Positions 41,401-55,450 of a DNA stretch of 64,000 nucleotides are shown here, in pieces. The notes under the pieces are model-generated. The model worked only from the letters and a program-made list of their open reading frames with translations, was not told where the DNA came from and searched no databases. The stretch is from Camelus ferus. Its lineage: Eukaryota. Where the stretch lies: assembly GCF_009834535.1 (NCBI RefSeq), contig NC_045696.1:79362001-79426000 (forward strand), written 5' to 3'. Position 1 is the first letter of the stretch. The number at the start of each line of letters is the position of its first letter. Both the position numbers and the translations under genes were made by a program.

Positions 41401-43189
41401 ATTTTTGCATTTTAAGTCCAAAAAGTTCTTGTTTCTGAATATGTGTGAAGAAATTGATCTTGAACAATATGCAGATATAATAAAATGGTAATATTTGCTT
41501 TTTAAGTGAGTCAAGGTAATGAGTGTTCTGTTTGTTAATATGTATTTTCAATAGTTCTAATGGGGCAACTAATAACTATGTTATTCTTGGATTTCAAGAT
41601 GTTTTGGTGATAGGTATCTTAAAAAATAATATTATAAATAAAGCTACTCCTGTCTGTCATTTTAGTTAGTATTCAAGCAAATGTAGGCTTTTTTTTTTCT
41701 TTTTTTCTTTTTTTTTTTGGTGGCTGGAACAGAGTTTTCACCCTCAGGATAGCAATAAGGCTATGGCATATTCAGAAAGCACTGGGATCATTTTCAAAGA
41801 AAGATAGCACCATCAAGACAGTCTCCATTAGAGAATGATTGATTTGTTAGTCTTATCTCTGCACAGGAGAAAAGATTCTTAAACTCTGACATCCTCTGAT
41901 TAAAACAGAACTAACAACGTAATTTTCCTTCAAAAACAATAAATTGTTTTAACACGAATACTTCAGGTATGCTTACAACTCCCTTCATAGTATAACTTTT
42001 AACTCTCACTGCATATACTTCATTTAAAATGATACACATTTTGGTCAGAGCTTATTGTTTGGTCCAGAACTGCATGAATGTATCTTATTAATAAAGAACT
42101 TAACTTTTTAGAAGAGGGTCCTTAGGCAAGTACTTATCTGTGTCAATACAATACGATTGTCTGATGGGGAAAAGGCTTTACGTAACTCCTGCAATGCTGT
42201 GATTTTACTTATTAGGGACTTAAAGTCAAGAGACATTTATAAAGAAGATTTGGAGCTAGAGCTTCCAGCCCAGACAGGATGATTTCTCCAACTATATCAC
42301 CATTTGCATCCTCAATCACATGCAGCAGTCTGGTAAAGTATGAATTCACCCGCTAACCACCTGCAGAGATACAAAGGTGAACAGCCAGTCCCTGCCCACC
42401 AGGTGTTCATGAGAGGAGGTCAGACATATAAACACAGTACTTGGACAGCACTCCATTATCATATCAACTGGGGCTAGAAACTAACACCAATTCAGAATCC
42501 AAAAAACATGAATAATTATAACTTCCTATTATAAAAACAATTTATCAAAAGGATTTGGCCACTACTCTTTTGGATCTTCTAATTACAGTTCATTTGTTCC
42601 CTTTGCACATTAAGAAATGCAGACACCACATCAGTAAATGTAAATGCTTTCCTTTGAAATACATATCTTTTTACTTTTTTCATATTATTCTAGACAAATA
42701 CCATTTCTGAACATACACCTAGAGAACTGTGGGGGGGGGTTGTTTGTTTATTTTTGTGGGGTTTTTTTTTTTTTGGTGAGGAGATTCAACTACACAGAAG
42801 TTAAGCAGTGTTTACACATGCTACAGTCTTCAGGGTCGACTATGTAAACCTTGTCACCTCAGTAGGATATAACCACGTATTCATTTAACATTGATCTTCA
42901 TAATATCTAAATGCTTTGACAGGTATGCCATTCCACCACCTTTGTTTGACAAATGGAGGAAGATGCACTTTGTGAATGTTTTCAATCTCGGCATCTCTTT
43001 AACAAATATTTATAAGGATCAAACATATGCCAGTCAGTAATACTGAATATTTGATGAGCACTAAGATGTGCAAACCGGGGCTTCTGACACTGAAGAATGC
43101 ATCTGGCAGGGGAGATTTAAGGCAGTTGAGGAAGTTTTAAAATAGAAACACATAAAACAACAATAAAGAATGGAAGCAGTGTGATTCGA

Positions 43190-43400
43190 GGGACGGGTAT
43201 TAAACTTCAGAGACCTTTGATTTGGACTCAGATGCAGACCTTCTACCACTGGTTGAATGAGCTTAACCTCTCTGCAGCTCAGTATCCTCATTTATGAAAT
43301 ATACACAACACAGTTCCACTCACTCTGCGTGGTGGCTTGAAAGATTCCATGAGAACATATGTAAAGACATCAGAAGAATGCTTTATCCACAGTGGGTGCT
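43190..43400 (+). mobile_element. MIR SINE
   Basis: CTTAACCTCTCTGCAGCTCAGTATCCTCATTTATGAAAT. Confidence 0.65.
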
Positions 43401-44699
43401 CAGTGACTGAAAACTTCCATATCCTTTGCCTTAGGATCATGGAGGAGGAAAATGCTAATTCTTAAGTGCTTAGTGTTTAGACTTTTAATTATTCCCTTAC
43501 CCAAGCTGCCCTTTACATTTTCATAAAAGGAATGATCTGGCCATACTTTCTCTGGAAGAGTCTCCATGTATTCATTTCCAGGAGGAAGCATCTTAGTAAA
43601 AAGACTAGAGAAGGCAGATGTACTCTATTCTTAATTAAAGACGTGGTGAGCTTTCAGGGCACCGTTAAAATTTTTCAGAAGTTCATTTTAGGTCCACCTG
43701 GAAGAGTAGTCCTTAGAAATGTACTGGTACAGATTTCAAGTATTTTGTTTTTGCAAAATGATGTGATTTTTATTACTCAGAAAATACCATCCTCTTAGCT
43801 AAGATATGTGCATAATTCAATAGGGACCCAATCCAACTGTTTCATTCTGTGAAGAAGTACATTTTTTAACAATTCATATTGTTTTGGCATAGAAATAAAT
43901 TACAGTGCTGAAAAATCCCTAGAATAAATATAATGACAGCATACCTCATGCTGAACACTCCTCCATCTTCCCAACAGTTTGCTAAAGGGGAAGAACACCT
44001 AAGAAGTTCTTCTGCAGTTCTTTCAAATAATGTACTCCTACTCATCAGCCAGAATTCCTTTGGGGAAAGGACTGCTCATGCTGGAAAAGAATAGCACTGA
44101 TTTGCAGATTTTCAATGGATCATTTTCAAGGAGCTTGGTTTTCAGGTGTCTGTAAATTCACTGCTCTACACTTGACCGTTTTCTGGTCAAAGTTACTGAC
44201 CCTTACAGAACATATTAGTGCAGAAAAGACGGAATGTTTAGGAAAGGAGCATGTTGAAAATGGTTCCCAGCTCAACCACCAGCACATTTCTAGTCATCTT
44301 TCAACTGCAGTTTTTTTCTGATTCATTTGTGGGTGGTTTTAATATCTTTAGGAGCGTCTCTTATTCAGCACAGCTCTTTACAGTATCTTTCCAACGCTAT
44401 TTATTATTTTGGCACCAGTTTCTATAAATGCAAGTACTTTCTTTTTTACAGCATACGAAATTATTTTTTCCATATATTATTTATAAATGGAAGAAAGTTT
44501 TTAAAAAGTTGCTTTGTACTATTTTCGTCTCTAGTTTCAATAAGAAACAGAAGCATATCTCGGTATTCTTTTTCTGCTATAAAACACAACTAATGTAAAG
44601 AAATTTTTGACTCATAGAATTTTTTTAGTAAATCAATTAATAAAACCGTGCTATTCATTAAAATCATCGTTAACATGATCATTGTTATGTGTCAGTTTT

Positions 44700-44885
44700 A
44701 AACAGCTTTTAGTTATAAGCGTTTAATGCTCTATTTTAAGTCTTACAACAATGAAAGGAAGGCATAATTAAACACCTTTTCAGATGAGAGAATCGAGACT
44801 CAAAAGAAGAGAAATAAGTTGTTCAAGGTCATGTAACTATCAAGTGACAAAGTCAGGATATGAATTCATATCTACCAACTCCAGA
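44700..44885 (-). mobile_element. MIR SINE
   Basis: TTTTCAGATGAGAGAATCGAGACTC...GTTCAAGGTCA. Confidence 0.65.
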
Positions 44886-45046
44886 ATCTGGAGAAATTGA
44901 AAATAATTATAACTAAATATTGTTTGATGCTTTAAAAATACTTAATGAATAAACATACATTTTTCACTGTAATGTACCTTTATAATATGTTACAAAATAA
45001 GACTCTCAGACTAGTTCCTTTTTACTCTTAAGGACATATTCAGCTT

Positions 45047-45250
45047 AGGATTTCTCAACCTTGGCACAGTTGACATCTTCAGCAGGGTAATTCTTTACTG
45101 GAGGTAGGGGTCTGTACTGTGCATTGTAGGATCCTTAGCCCCTACCAACAGTAGAGCAGTACTTCCTTATTTGTGACAATAAAAATGTCTCCAGACACTG
45201 CTAAATGTCTCCAGACACTGCTAAATGTCTCCATTTGGGAACTACGACTG
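45047..45250. mobile_element. MER20 (hAT-Charlie) DNA transposon
   Basis: TTTCTCAACCTTGGCACAGTTGACAT...GTGCATTGTAGGAT...TTGTGACAATAAAAATGTCTCCAGACACTGCTAAATGTC. Confidence 0.8.
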
Positions 45251-46444
45251 ACTAAGTAAAAGAAATTAATGCAACTGTATATTGATGAATAAAAAAGATT
45301 TCAATTTTTCATAGAGAATCAAACATCTCATATTTTTAAAGAATAAAATAGGAAAGAATGTAGCCATCTTGAAAGCAATGTATATCTCAAGTGGATTTCC
45401 GAATCAACTTTAAACTGCACAGATTATTCCAATAATTTTTAATATAGTTTATGAAATTAAAGTTAGATGACTACATTTTATATATCACAGAAAAAAAACA
45501 CCTTAAATTGTACACCCTTCTCATTTCACATGTGAGGGAAACTGAGATAGAGTGACTTTGTTAAAGCTGAATTTTTTTTAAGTAGCAGTACTATGCCTAG
45601 AAGCAAATTGTCTGAGTCTCAGTTCATTATTCCTTCTTTATGATTAAGTCTAGGACCTACAAGGGCCTATTTGACAATGGAATTGAACAGCCTTAATATT
45701 TTTCTTCTTAAGATTGCGTAATAATCTTTTGTCACGAATGCACACGAAAGAAGTGTTCAACAACCAGTGAAAGATAGCTTGTTCATCTCTCAGCAGAAGG
45801 TAACAGAATTATAAGCCATACAATGAAGAGTGAAATGATTAAGGAATTTACTATGTGCAAACACTCGCATGAGTCTTGTCATTTGAGTTCTGACAGACCA
45901 ATGTCTTCAGCAATCAACCCACAGCAACTTAATTATTAAAACACTGCTGTCGTCTGATTAGCCAGGATCCCAAATGCTGTTGCACACACTGCTTCTTGTT
46001 CTGATTTGCCCTACACTGCAAATTTACAGCGCACATGGCATAAGTAGATCACATTTCATTCAATATAGTTAATTCAACATGCCATTCAATGAAATGGCTA
46101 TTCTAATGAACTTCACTAAATGGCCAAAAATGCTGGATTACAAAATTTACTAATTGATTCTAGATAATTTATAGTCATGAATCGTAGCTGCATTTAAGAG
46201 ATAGCTAAAGACAAGGAAGAGTATACAGTTCTCTAATCACAACGAAGACATGTCTGGTCATACACAGTTCTAGAAGCACACATGCCAAATATGTAATCAA
46301 AGAAGAGATTCTTCTTCCAATGGTGGAAGGCAAACTCGGTAGCCCAAGGGGAATTGTTAGTGCTCCGTACATACCATCACTACCACTATGTGGTAGAATA
46401 TTAACCATGTACTCTTACCACCTAGTTTGGTATGGTGCCTAATG

Positions 46445-47020
46445 ATGGGAACTTGGACTTTGAAGTCAGACAGATGGAGATTCAAATCCAGATGCTCCCA
46501 CTTATCAGCCATGGGATGACAGGGAAGGCGCATGCCTTTCCTGATTTCAATTTCCCCAGCTGAAAAATGTGGCCACATCACTCACCTTTCATTAAGACAC
46601 ACACACGTTGAGTAGTACGCTGTTAATAAACTTTAACTACTATAATTATCATAGTTACCAGCCAAATGTTTTCTTTTGGAATCCTAGAGAAACTCTACAA
46701 AATTTTTCAACTCCTATTTTTAATTCTCTGGATCTTATTCATCTAAATATTTCTTTAATTACTGCATTTATCTCCATCCCTGCTGTTACACCTTCCATGA
46801 AAGGCACGATCATTCTCAAGTGGCCTATCGTAACAGACCTTTAAATGGGCACTATCATCCATGCTTGTTCTCCAGTCTCTTCAAATAACGTTTTAAAAGC
46901 ATTCTCATCCTCTTCTGGTTTACAACTGAAGAAACTCAAGCCCAGAGAAGTTCATTAACTCGCGGCCACACAAAGAGTAAATGGTTGAGTCTAAAATTGA
47001 GCCAAACATCTCTCCAGTGC
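46445..47020. mobile_element. MIR SINEs (plus at about 46445-46620, minus at about 46900-47020)
   Basis: GGACTTTGAAGTCAGACAGATGGAGATTCAAATCC and TTTACAACTGAAGAAACTCAAGCCCAGAGAAGTT. Confidence 0.65.
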
Positions 47021-50000
47021 ATAGTGATACCTCCAAGTGTAATGTGAAGGGAGGACATACTGGGGAGACTCAGATAAAATATGAATCAGTATTTTTGTCA
47101 CCAAAGAGACTTTATAGTGGACAACATCATGTATTTTTTATTCTGATTCTTCATTTTAAACTAGTAGTAAGGTTCTAGCCTTTTAATACTGTTTTAGATA
47201 AAGAATCATGTATTAAAGGAGCTTTTGTCCCTTGAAACTGTTTGGTTTTACCTCCAGGTTGTACAGGTGAGTTAGTATATAAAGCATCATGTTCCAAAGA
47301 TCTTCACTCAAATGGCATTCTCATACTAACTGACTAGGATGGTTTTGACTCTTAATTATTCAGGCAATTTAATAGTTTTGATAACTTTCTAGAGGTTATA
47401 AAAATGCAAATATATTCAGAAACCTATAACACAAGACTTGAAAGTTGAGGGACATAAATTTCAATGAATATATGTAGCAAATGTCTTTAATTTACTCCAA
47501 AGTATGTTTCTCACTTGAAAAGAATACAAAAGTATGATCAGTCCAGTGTGGTATTCTGCCTTTCTTTGATAACTAGCTTTTGCCCCAATAGCTGTGATGT
47601 CTGAAACAAGTGTTCCATGGACGTCATTTGACTTTAATGAGTGACTCATTGTACAATGGAAACTACTTTACATTCTCTCTAGATACTTTCACTGTGTGAA
47701 AAAGATAAAGCTCCATTTAGCTTGGGGCTGACATGGTGGAACATAATTCACCTGCCTCCACTCTCTCTATGTCATGGAGCTTTCTACAGAATGGCAAGAA
47801 TAAGCATTCATTTTATTAGAACATGTACTTCATTTTCTTTTGCTATATACTTAGGGTAGAAGATCTGCATAACCCAACAGAGTAAAGAAGAAGAAAACCT
47901 ACCTAACCATCAGTTAAATACAAGAAGTTAAGTAAATTCAGAACAAAACACAAAAGATTTTCAGGAATCACACTTAGCCAACAAGATCAATATTGACATG
48001 GAGCCCCGTTATGATAAGGAATTTTGACAAAATATAGAATCACACACATATAAGTGCTAGCTAAAAACAAACACAAGCATGCAGATAATGAAAGCAATAA
48101 AGATAACACACTGAAATAAAGGCACACAAAGAAGCCCAGAGAGTCACAAATAAGCAGCAACAATACATACATCAAGATTTGAAGCTAGCAATGCTCTGAA
48201 ATGTGTGAATCAGGGATCAAAGCATCATAGTGTCCTTTTCATATAATAAACCAGGATGCTAGCTAGCAAAGTAGACTCTGTGGCCCAAGGCTATTTTTTA
48301 AACTGCTGCTCTGGAAGGTTCTAAGTGCTAAATGACTCTGGTTTTTCTTATTTGCTCTTAGATGACTCCCACATGGTTAACATTTCTGACATACCCTTGT
48401 ACAAGCCAGGTAGATGGTTCCATCACACAGGGATTGTCATTTCAGCTGTGTTACAAAGAGCTGACACTTTGGCAAAAAGAGAAGGCAGCAAATAAGAATA
48501 GACTTAGAAGTCACTATTTGCTTATTTGAAAAAATTACAATACAAATGCCTTTCCTTTAATCTACTTTGTATTTAACAGTTTATACATCACAATTAAATA
48601 TAATGTGAGAATACATATATTTTAATTTAGCACCCTTCTGAACTCTAAAATTCTTCTATATTTGTGTTTCATTTTCACTGGTTATTTTATTATTACTTGC
48701 CCTGGCTATTGCTCATAGTGACACTAGTGGTAAGCCAAGATTCCTTGATTAAAATATAAAAATAGAGACAATAGAATTTAAGGGACTCATCTGCCTAATG
48801 AGACAACCTTAGGTCTCAAATTCTTGGTGCTACATTTCTCCGCTGGAGAAGAGAGAATTGCAATAATTGTGTGCCTAGCTCCACAGAAGCTCCAAATAAG
48901 GCTACATGAGTGATTCATTCTCTTTGAATACCTTTCTTATTCTATAGGATAGTTTTACAGATATTTTGAGGATGGACCTCCATTTTATGCATGTGTATAA
49001 ATCATACAGATACAGTCCAGTAAGAAGAGATTACAATGCACATTCCATACACAGATTTTACACCCAGTGGATAACTGGGGGCCTCCACTTAGAGACCACT
49101 GTTCAGTAGCACTGGAATCAACACTACACCTCTGTACCTTTGAAACAGAGCCCTGGGGATGGACTAGCAAGATTAAGCCAAAGAGAGTCTTAGGGTAGCA
49201 GCACCTTTAGCTTTGAACCAAAAGCAAAATAGCAAGAAAGCTTTGATAACTTCTTCACCCTAACCTGATTTTTTTGCCAGCTCTGCAAAAGCATGCACCA
49301 CTGATAGAGGACACGTTGGAAGTCATCGGCTTGAACAAGAGGGTTCTGTGCTATTTCCAGATTGAGGTGAGAGTAGCCAAAATGCTTCAGTATCGAAATC
49401 AGAAGTAGCATTATTCTAGCATGTAAAAAATTCAGATTATCATTCTTGTAGGTCACTGTCCTGGATTCCACCCTAAGAATCCAGGTCACTCTTCCTATTT
49501 CTCATCAAAACTCATCTGTTCCAAGCTATTTCTCTCTTTTATAAAGTAATTAATGGAATTATACCCAATAAAGAATCAATGAAAGAGTAAGTTAGGTTAT
49601 ACGTTAGATTAAACCTAAGGAATATACGAAGCAGTGGGACTTGTGTCTACAGAGATCAAAGTTCCTCCTGTATGCTAACCGTTGTAGGATGTGGGATTTT
49701 GGACCTATGGCATAAATATGCACAGCCACAGCATCTGCTAATATATACACTGTCACCATGCCTGTTAAGGTACTTTAACTTACATACAGAAGTTATACCG
49801 TTTTTCTTCCTTAATTATCTGTGTTTTATTGGTAGGGTTGATGCAACCTAATTTCTTTCAATCCCCTTCATTGAATTTTGGTAAAAGTGTCTATGCACTT
49901 TCAAACTTGGGTTTCTCACTCCCACAGTAGATCTGGGCATACATCTGCTGTCACTTTTATCAGCTTTTATGAGAGAAAAAAAATGAAGTAATAAGAAACT

Positions 50001-51074
50001 TTTAGGAAGAACACTGCCAACAAGCATTGTCATCCAGTACTTTTCAAAACTATCAAGTATCCATCATTTTCTCTCTCTCAGGAAGACTTGGTGTTTGTTT
50101 ATTTATTTACTTACTTATTTAATGTTGCTGAGCATGAAGTGAGTGAAGCTGGGACTTTGGAGTGGGTGGGGTAATTCTAATGTTTTTAGCTGAAGGCAAA
50201 ATATATGCACCACATTTTAAAATACTCTAAAACAAGAGTGTGTATCAGGTTTCCAACTAATGATTTTAGAAAGAAAGTATTCACACTGTAAAAGAATGAA
50301 TTCAAGGCAAAACTTTTGTGTTAGCAGCCCTCATTATCCCCAAAAGCCCTTAAAATGACAACTCAGATCCTTTGAAAGAGGCAAAAATCTCACAATAACA
50401 AGAGAAAGGAGACAATGGTATCATTTTGGAAACTAGAATGCAAAAACACAAAAACAAAAACAAACCCAAGAAACAAAGTACTTAGCTAAGAAAGTTGATT
50501 TCTAAGGTGACAGTAGATAAGGTCAAAAACCAACTCAGTTTCTCTGCAGAACTCCACATGTTCCAAGAACTGGCAAACAAGTAGTTGGAAGGGTGGTGAA
50601 TCCAAGTCTAAAAACAGTAGGATTGTTTGAAAGGCTTTTTCAGAAGCAGAAGGATCCCCAGATTCCCTCCAGAATTTAAGGCTCTTAGTGAGTGGAATTC
50701 AGGTGTCAAACACACCATGAGAGCCCCGAACTCCTACATCATGCAACTTCCTCAGTACAGTTAGATTATTCAACCACATGTTTTCCATGATAGTAATGAG
50801 AACTGACTCTCATTTAGTTTTATTTCATGGTTTCCAAATAATTTTTACATATATTGCCTAATGTAACCCACAATTGTCTTCTTTGTAAGACAAAATTGCT
50901 TCCTCTCTTTTACGTGAGGAAGAAACTGAGGTAAAATTAATCAACTCACTAGTAGTAAAACCTTGAATACTGGCAACCAAGGTCTTCTGATCTCAAAATT
51001 TCTTGTAGCTTAGATTGCCCTTTGATCTCTTCCCAGAGGTTTATTTCTCCAAGAAAGTGATTTGCCATCACTGG

Positions 51075-51215
51075 TGTTCATAACAATCCCTTAAAGAGCT
51101 TGATTTAAATGACAGTTGCAAAGATTCTAAGACTGAGGTGAGGTCCTGAATAACTAACAAATTATTCAGGTGATTCTAATGCAGGTGGTGGGAGACCACG
51201 CTTTGAGAAATACTT
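51075..51215. mobile_element. MER5-like hAT DNA transposon
   Basis: Typical MER5 end CAGGTGATTCTAATGCAGGTGG...ACCACGCTTTGAGAAATACT. Confidence 0.7.
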
Positions 51216-53244
51216 CATTAAATATTCTAAATAAATCTGGGCCACATGAGACAAGTCTCACTATAAACAAATAAGATAACCCCAAAACTCAAAGCCAACT
51301 AAAATTTTCAATAAATGATATTATCAAGATATACCCTTGACTATTATTAAGGGTGGGTTGGGATATGAGGAACGTCTCTTCACCTTTTGTTAAAAACTCT
51401 ATAAAAGTTATTTTTCCTAGATAGGTAGAAAACACACCAAAAACTGTTTTTCAGAATTCAAGACAAGAAAAAGAAAATTGTTATCAGTTCTAATTAACTT
51501 GGAATAGTCCCTTTTTTAATCCGTGTTCCTTTTTATCCGACCTACCAGGAAGTTCAAAACTAAATTTAATATAAATTACTAAAATTTTAGGCCTATGTAC
51601 TTTTCTACTGAGAGCCTCACCCTCACATACACTCATATGAGTTTGAGCTATTTTTATTTTAATTGTCTTATTATACATGAATTTTAAAAAGCTGTCTTAA
51701 AATCATTTGGGAAGTAGGCAGGGTATAAATTATAAATAAGTACACCTGAGAAATATGAAGTAAACAAATTTATGCAGGAATTATTTCAACATGAAAAAAG
51801 GACAGGGAACTAGAGATTTGCAGTGCTAGTTTTTTCTTTTTTTCCAAAACATAATTCTTTCAGGCACAGTTGGTAAGTACACCTGTCATGTATGCTTCCA
51901 AAAATGTAGCTGAAAATGATAATATACCGAGAGAAAAACAAATCTTGAGAATACAAAATTCATTTGTTATAATCAGTTTTGCTTACACTCTCTCAAAATA
52001 GCCATCTGTACTAACGTGTGTACATAACAGAACGACTTGCTGCAGTACAAAAAGGTTCGCATATATTTAGACCTTGGAACTTTCTTAAGGCTTGAAAACT
52101 TTTCAAAGGCACCTCTCCTACTTGCTACAGAGATGCTACATATAAGGGAACAGTAGTTGATATAAAATGAACAGCGGCTGTTTAAATAAATCCTATTAAA
52201 ATGCTGTAGTCCTGTTTTTTTCTTTTCTTTTTCTCCCCTTAAAATATTTACCTATTTCCCCCTTTCTGAGGTCTTCCTTGCCTTTTATTTAATAAGCACT
52301 CGCACAATGCTTAGTACATACAGGTGATTTCCAGTGTGCTCTACAAATATTAGCTCATTTAAGCTTCAGAGCAAACTATAATGTAGGCAAATTTCCCCGT
52401 AATCTTATAGCTTCTGTGGAAGAGCTGGGATCTGAATCCACATCTGGGTTTCAAGCAGTCTGGTTTCAGCATCCGTGACCACTGCATACTCTGCTGCCTC
52501 TATGCTATATTTAAGGCTGAAAAGGCAATGCCTTAGAGAAAATATAGTGTCATGCACTAGATCCTGACCTCCTATGCGAATTGGGATATATGTCTACCTA
52601 CATTTGCCATTTCAAACAAAATACCTGATGAATCTTCTTGCAGATATTAGAATCTATCTATAGGTCCTTATTTTATTTTGGAAACAAAAATTCTTCGTGA
52701 TGTACACATGTTTCCTCAATTGTGAGATATTTCTTTGCTACAATAATGTATTTGGGGGAGGGAGAAAAACTGTATCAAACATACCTGTCAATCATAAAGA
52801 GCATTAAAATGCTAAAGGCTGAAACTTAGAACTAAGAAAATAATGCAAAATTTAACCCCTTCTTTTTATGGGTTTTCCTTTTTAATTTGTTATAAAAAAG
52901 ACCTCACCTTTATATAGATTTTTAATTACCTTGAATACTTATTTAAAGCAGATAGGATAAAAGTAATAAACAAATCATTTTTAATTGTTAGAAATTATTC
53001 TTTCTATTAAGACAAATCTTAAGCTATGCTATTCGGGATGAATATTTGATAAAATGTTACTAGTATTGTTGATATGTTTAAGGTAGAACAAATTATTTAA
53101 ATACACTAAACTACAATCCTCTCAACATTTTTTTAATAAAATGAGGTAGGGGAATAAAGTATAACGAGTTTATAAAGGCATCTTAGTGAAAAGTGGGAAG
53201 TTAAAGCGTTATCTATCTAGTTTAAATTCTCTCTAAGGTAACGG

Positions 53245-53773
53245 GTCTGGCAATCTACTGCTGTGTGGTAGCCGACACCAAAATTAGTGGCTTAGAATAG
53301 CATTAACCTTTAGTAACTATTCCCTTTCTTCAAAAATCTGCAATCTGAGCAGGGCTTACTGGGAAGATCCATCTCTGCTCCACACAGTATCAGCTGGGGT
53401 AACTCAGTCAGGTCCCCAGCCCAGTCTTGGGTCCCCCGTCTTCTAAGAAGACTCACTCACACGGCTGGCTAGTCGATAGTGGCTGTCGACTCAGCCAGGA
53501 TTAGTGACCAGGATCTTTAATTCCTGTCCATGCAGCCTCTATGGAGCATCTTGGACTTCCTCACAGCATGGTGTGTGGATCCCAAGAGGTCCCAAGGGAC
53601 CTGGAAAGTTTCTGTGACATTTTCTCTGCCCAAGCCTCTAAGTCCCAGAACAACACTTCTGTTACATTCTGCCAGACGAGCAAGTCACTATGGCCAGCCC
53701 AGATTCAAAAGAAGGGGGTTAGACTCCACATCTTCAGGTATGATGACTTTGTAGCCATCTTCAACCAACCATA
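53245..53773 (-). mobile_element. MLT1 (F/G/H-like) MaLR LTR
   Basis: AAATTAGTGGCTT, CATCTCTGCTCCAC, CTTCCTCACAGCATGG, GGCCAGCCCAGATTCAA and GCCATCTT motifs in the expected order. Confidence 0.8.
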
Positions 53774-53799
53774 TCGACACAGAAATTTAACTTGATGTC

Positions 53800-55450
53800 T
53801 ATAAAAATGCTCGCTTTTCATTTTCTTGAGCTAAAAGAGTTAATGCTAAAGTTTACAAAATAAACATACAAGAATAGCTAGGAAATCCCTAGCTAAGAAT
53901 AATAATTGAGTACCAGTCCTGCCACATTTAAAAAATATATTCTACAGCCTTTACAATTAAAACTACATATTGTGGCTCTAATGGAACAAAATATAAGACC
54001 AGAAACATATGTATGATAAAGGAGTATTCTAAATAAATAAGAAAAAGATGGAGGTTTTAAATACATTATGTTGAGACAATTGGATAGTCATTTTTAAAAC
54101 AATCAAATTGGCTCTGTATCTAAATTTACTCAGTAGAATACATTCCAAATGAAACACATTTAAGTGAAAAAAAAAAGTAAGCCATATTGACATGAGAAGG
54201 AAATATAAGTGGATGAATTACTTTATAAACTGAGTGTGGTTCCTAATTTATAACTAAAGCTTTCTTAATTAAAACTAAATATCCAGAAATAATGAAAGTT
54301 TGGTAAATTCAATTACAAGTTTAAAAAACCATCATGTTCTAAAACATACCATAAACAGAGGCAAAAGACTAATTACTAACTGCAATAAAATATTTGCAAT
54401 TTATCTCACAGAAAAATCTCCCCAATATATAAAAAGATTCTAAAAATCAAGAACAGAGACATAGACTGACAGAGATAAAAAGACAGCACAGAGAAAAAGA
54501 GATATCAATTGCATTTGAACAAATATTAAGGAGTACTCAACCTCATTATAATCCAAGTGGTCAGTAATACCAAATTCAACCTAAAAGATGATATCATTCC
54601 TAATCTGTCAAACCGGTAAGATTTCAAAAGTTTGGCAACACACACAAAGGCAAGACTGTCGGGAAAGGAGTAGTCTATATATAGATTGCTGGCGACAGTA
54701 TCAAGTATGTGACCACATGGTGGGGAAGTAGGCAATATCTACCACAATAAAAGCAATTCTACTTCTAGTAATTCATCCTGAAGATAATCTTTCAAAAGTA
54801 AAAACCAATATATACAAAAGATTGTTCATTATGTCATTATTTGGAATGGCAAAATAGTGGACACCACTGAAATGCTATCCCTAGGAAACTGATCTGAGTG
54901 AAGAGTGATGAAAGAGAAGTATGTAGATGAAAAAAGAATGAAGAAGACGTCAATAGAGAGTGTTACATCCAAGGTGTACTATTAAGAAAAACAAAAGCAA
55001 AGTCAAGAGAGTAGATAAATAAGCAATACTGTAAATATGCCTCATTTTAAATAAGAAAGGAGAAATAAAATATATATATGAAAAAACATTGTTTCTTTTT
55101 GCAAGAAGAAATTAAGACAATGATTTCCTTTCCTGCAGGTAAGTGGAAGTAGAGATTGAAGGAAATTATTATGGGAGAAAGATTTGAGTATATGTTTTAT
55201 CTTTTGGATCATATAAATAATTTACATATTCAAAATTTAAATTAAAGAAGATGAAAAGACTATCATAAAATTCAGTCCAAACATAAACAAATGTACCATA
55301 ACTATATATCAAATTTTTAACATGACCATACAAGGAAAAATAAATAATTCAAGTAAATTAAACACAGTGTTCTAATTACACACTTTAGTGTACCTTAATC
55401 GTACATATCATAAGGGCCAAAAGAACTGCAAGAAATTTTTTTTAACTTCT
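53800..55450 (+). mobile_element. Degenerate L1M ORF2 3' part and 3' UTR
   Basis: A-rich, with GTTGAGACAATTGGATAGTCAT, AAAATATTTGCAA and GCAATTCTACTTCTAG motifs. Confidence 0.65.

Noticed and set aside
42433..42454. REST/RE1-like CAGTACTTGGACAGCAC
   Set aside because: Wrong half-site spacing and mismatches in the left half-site.
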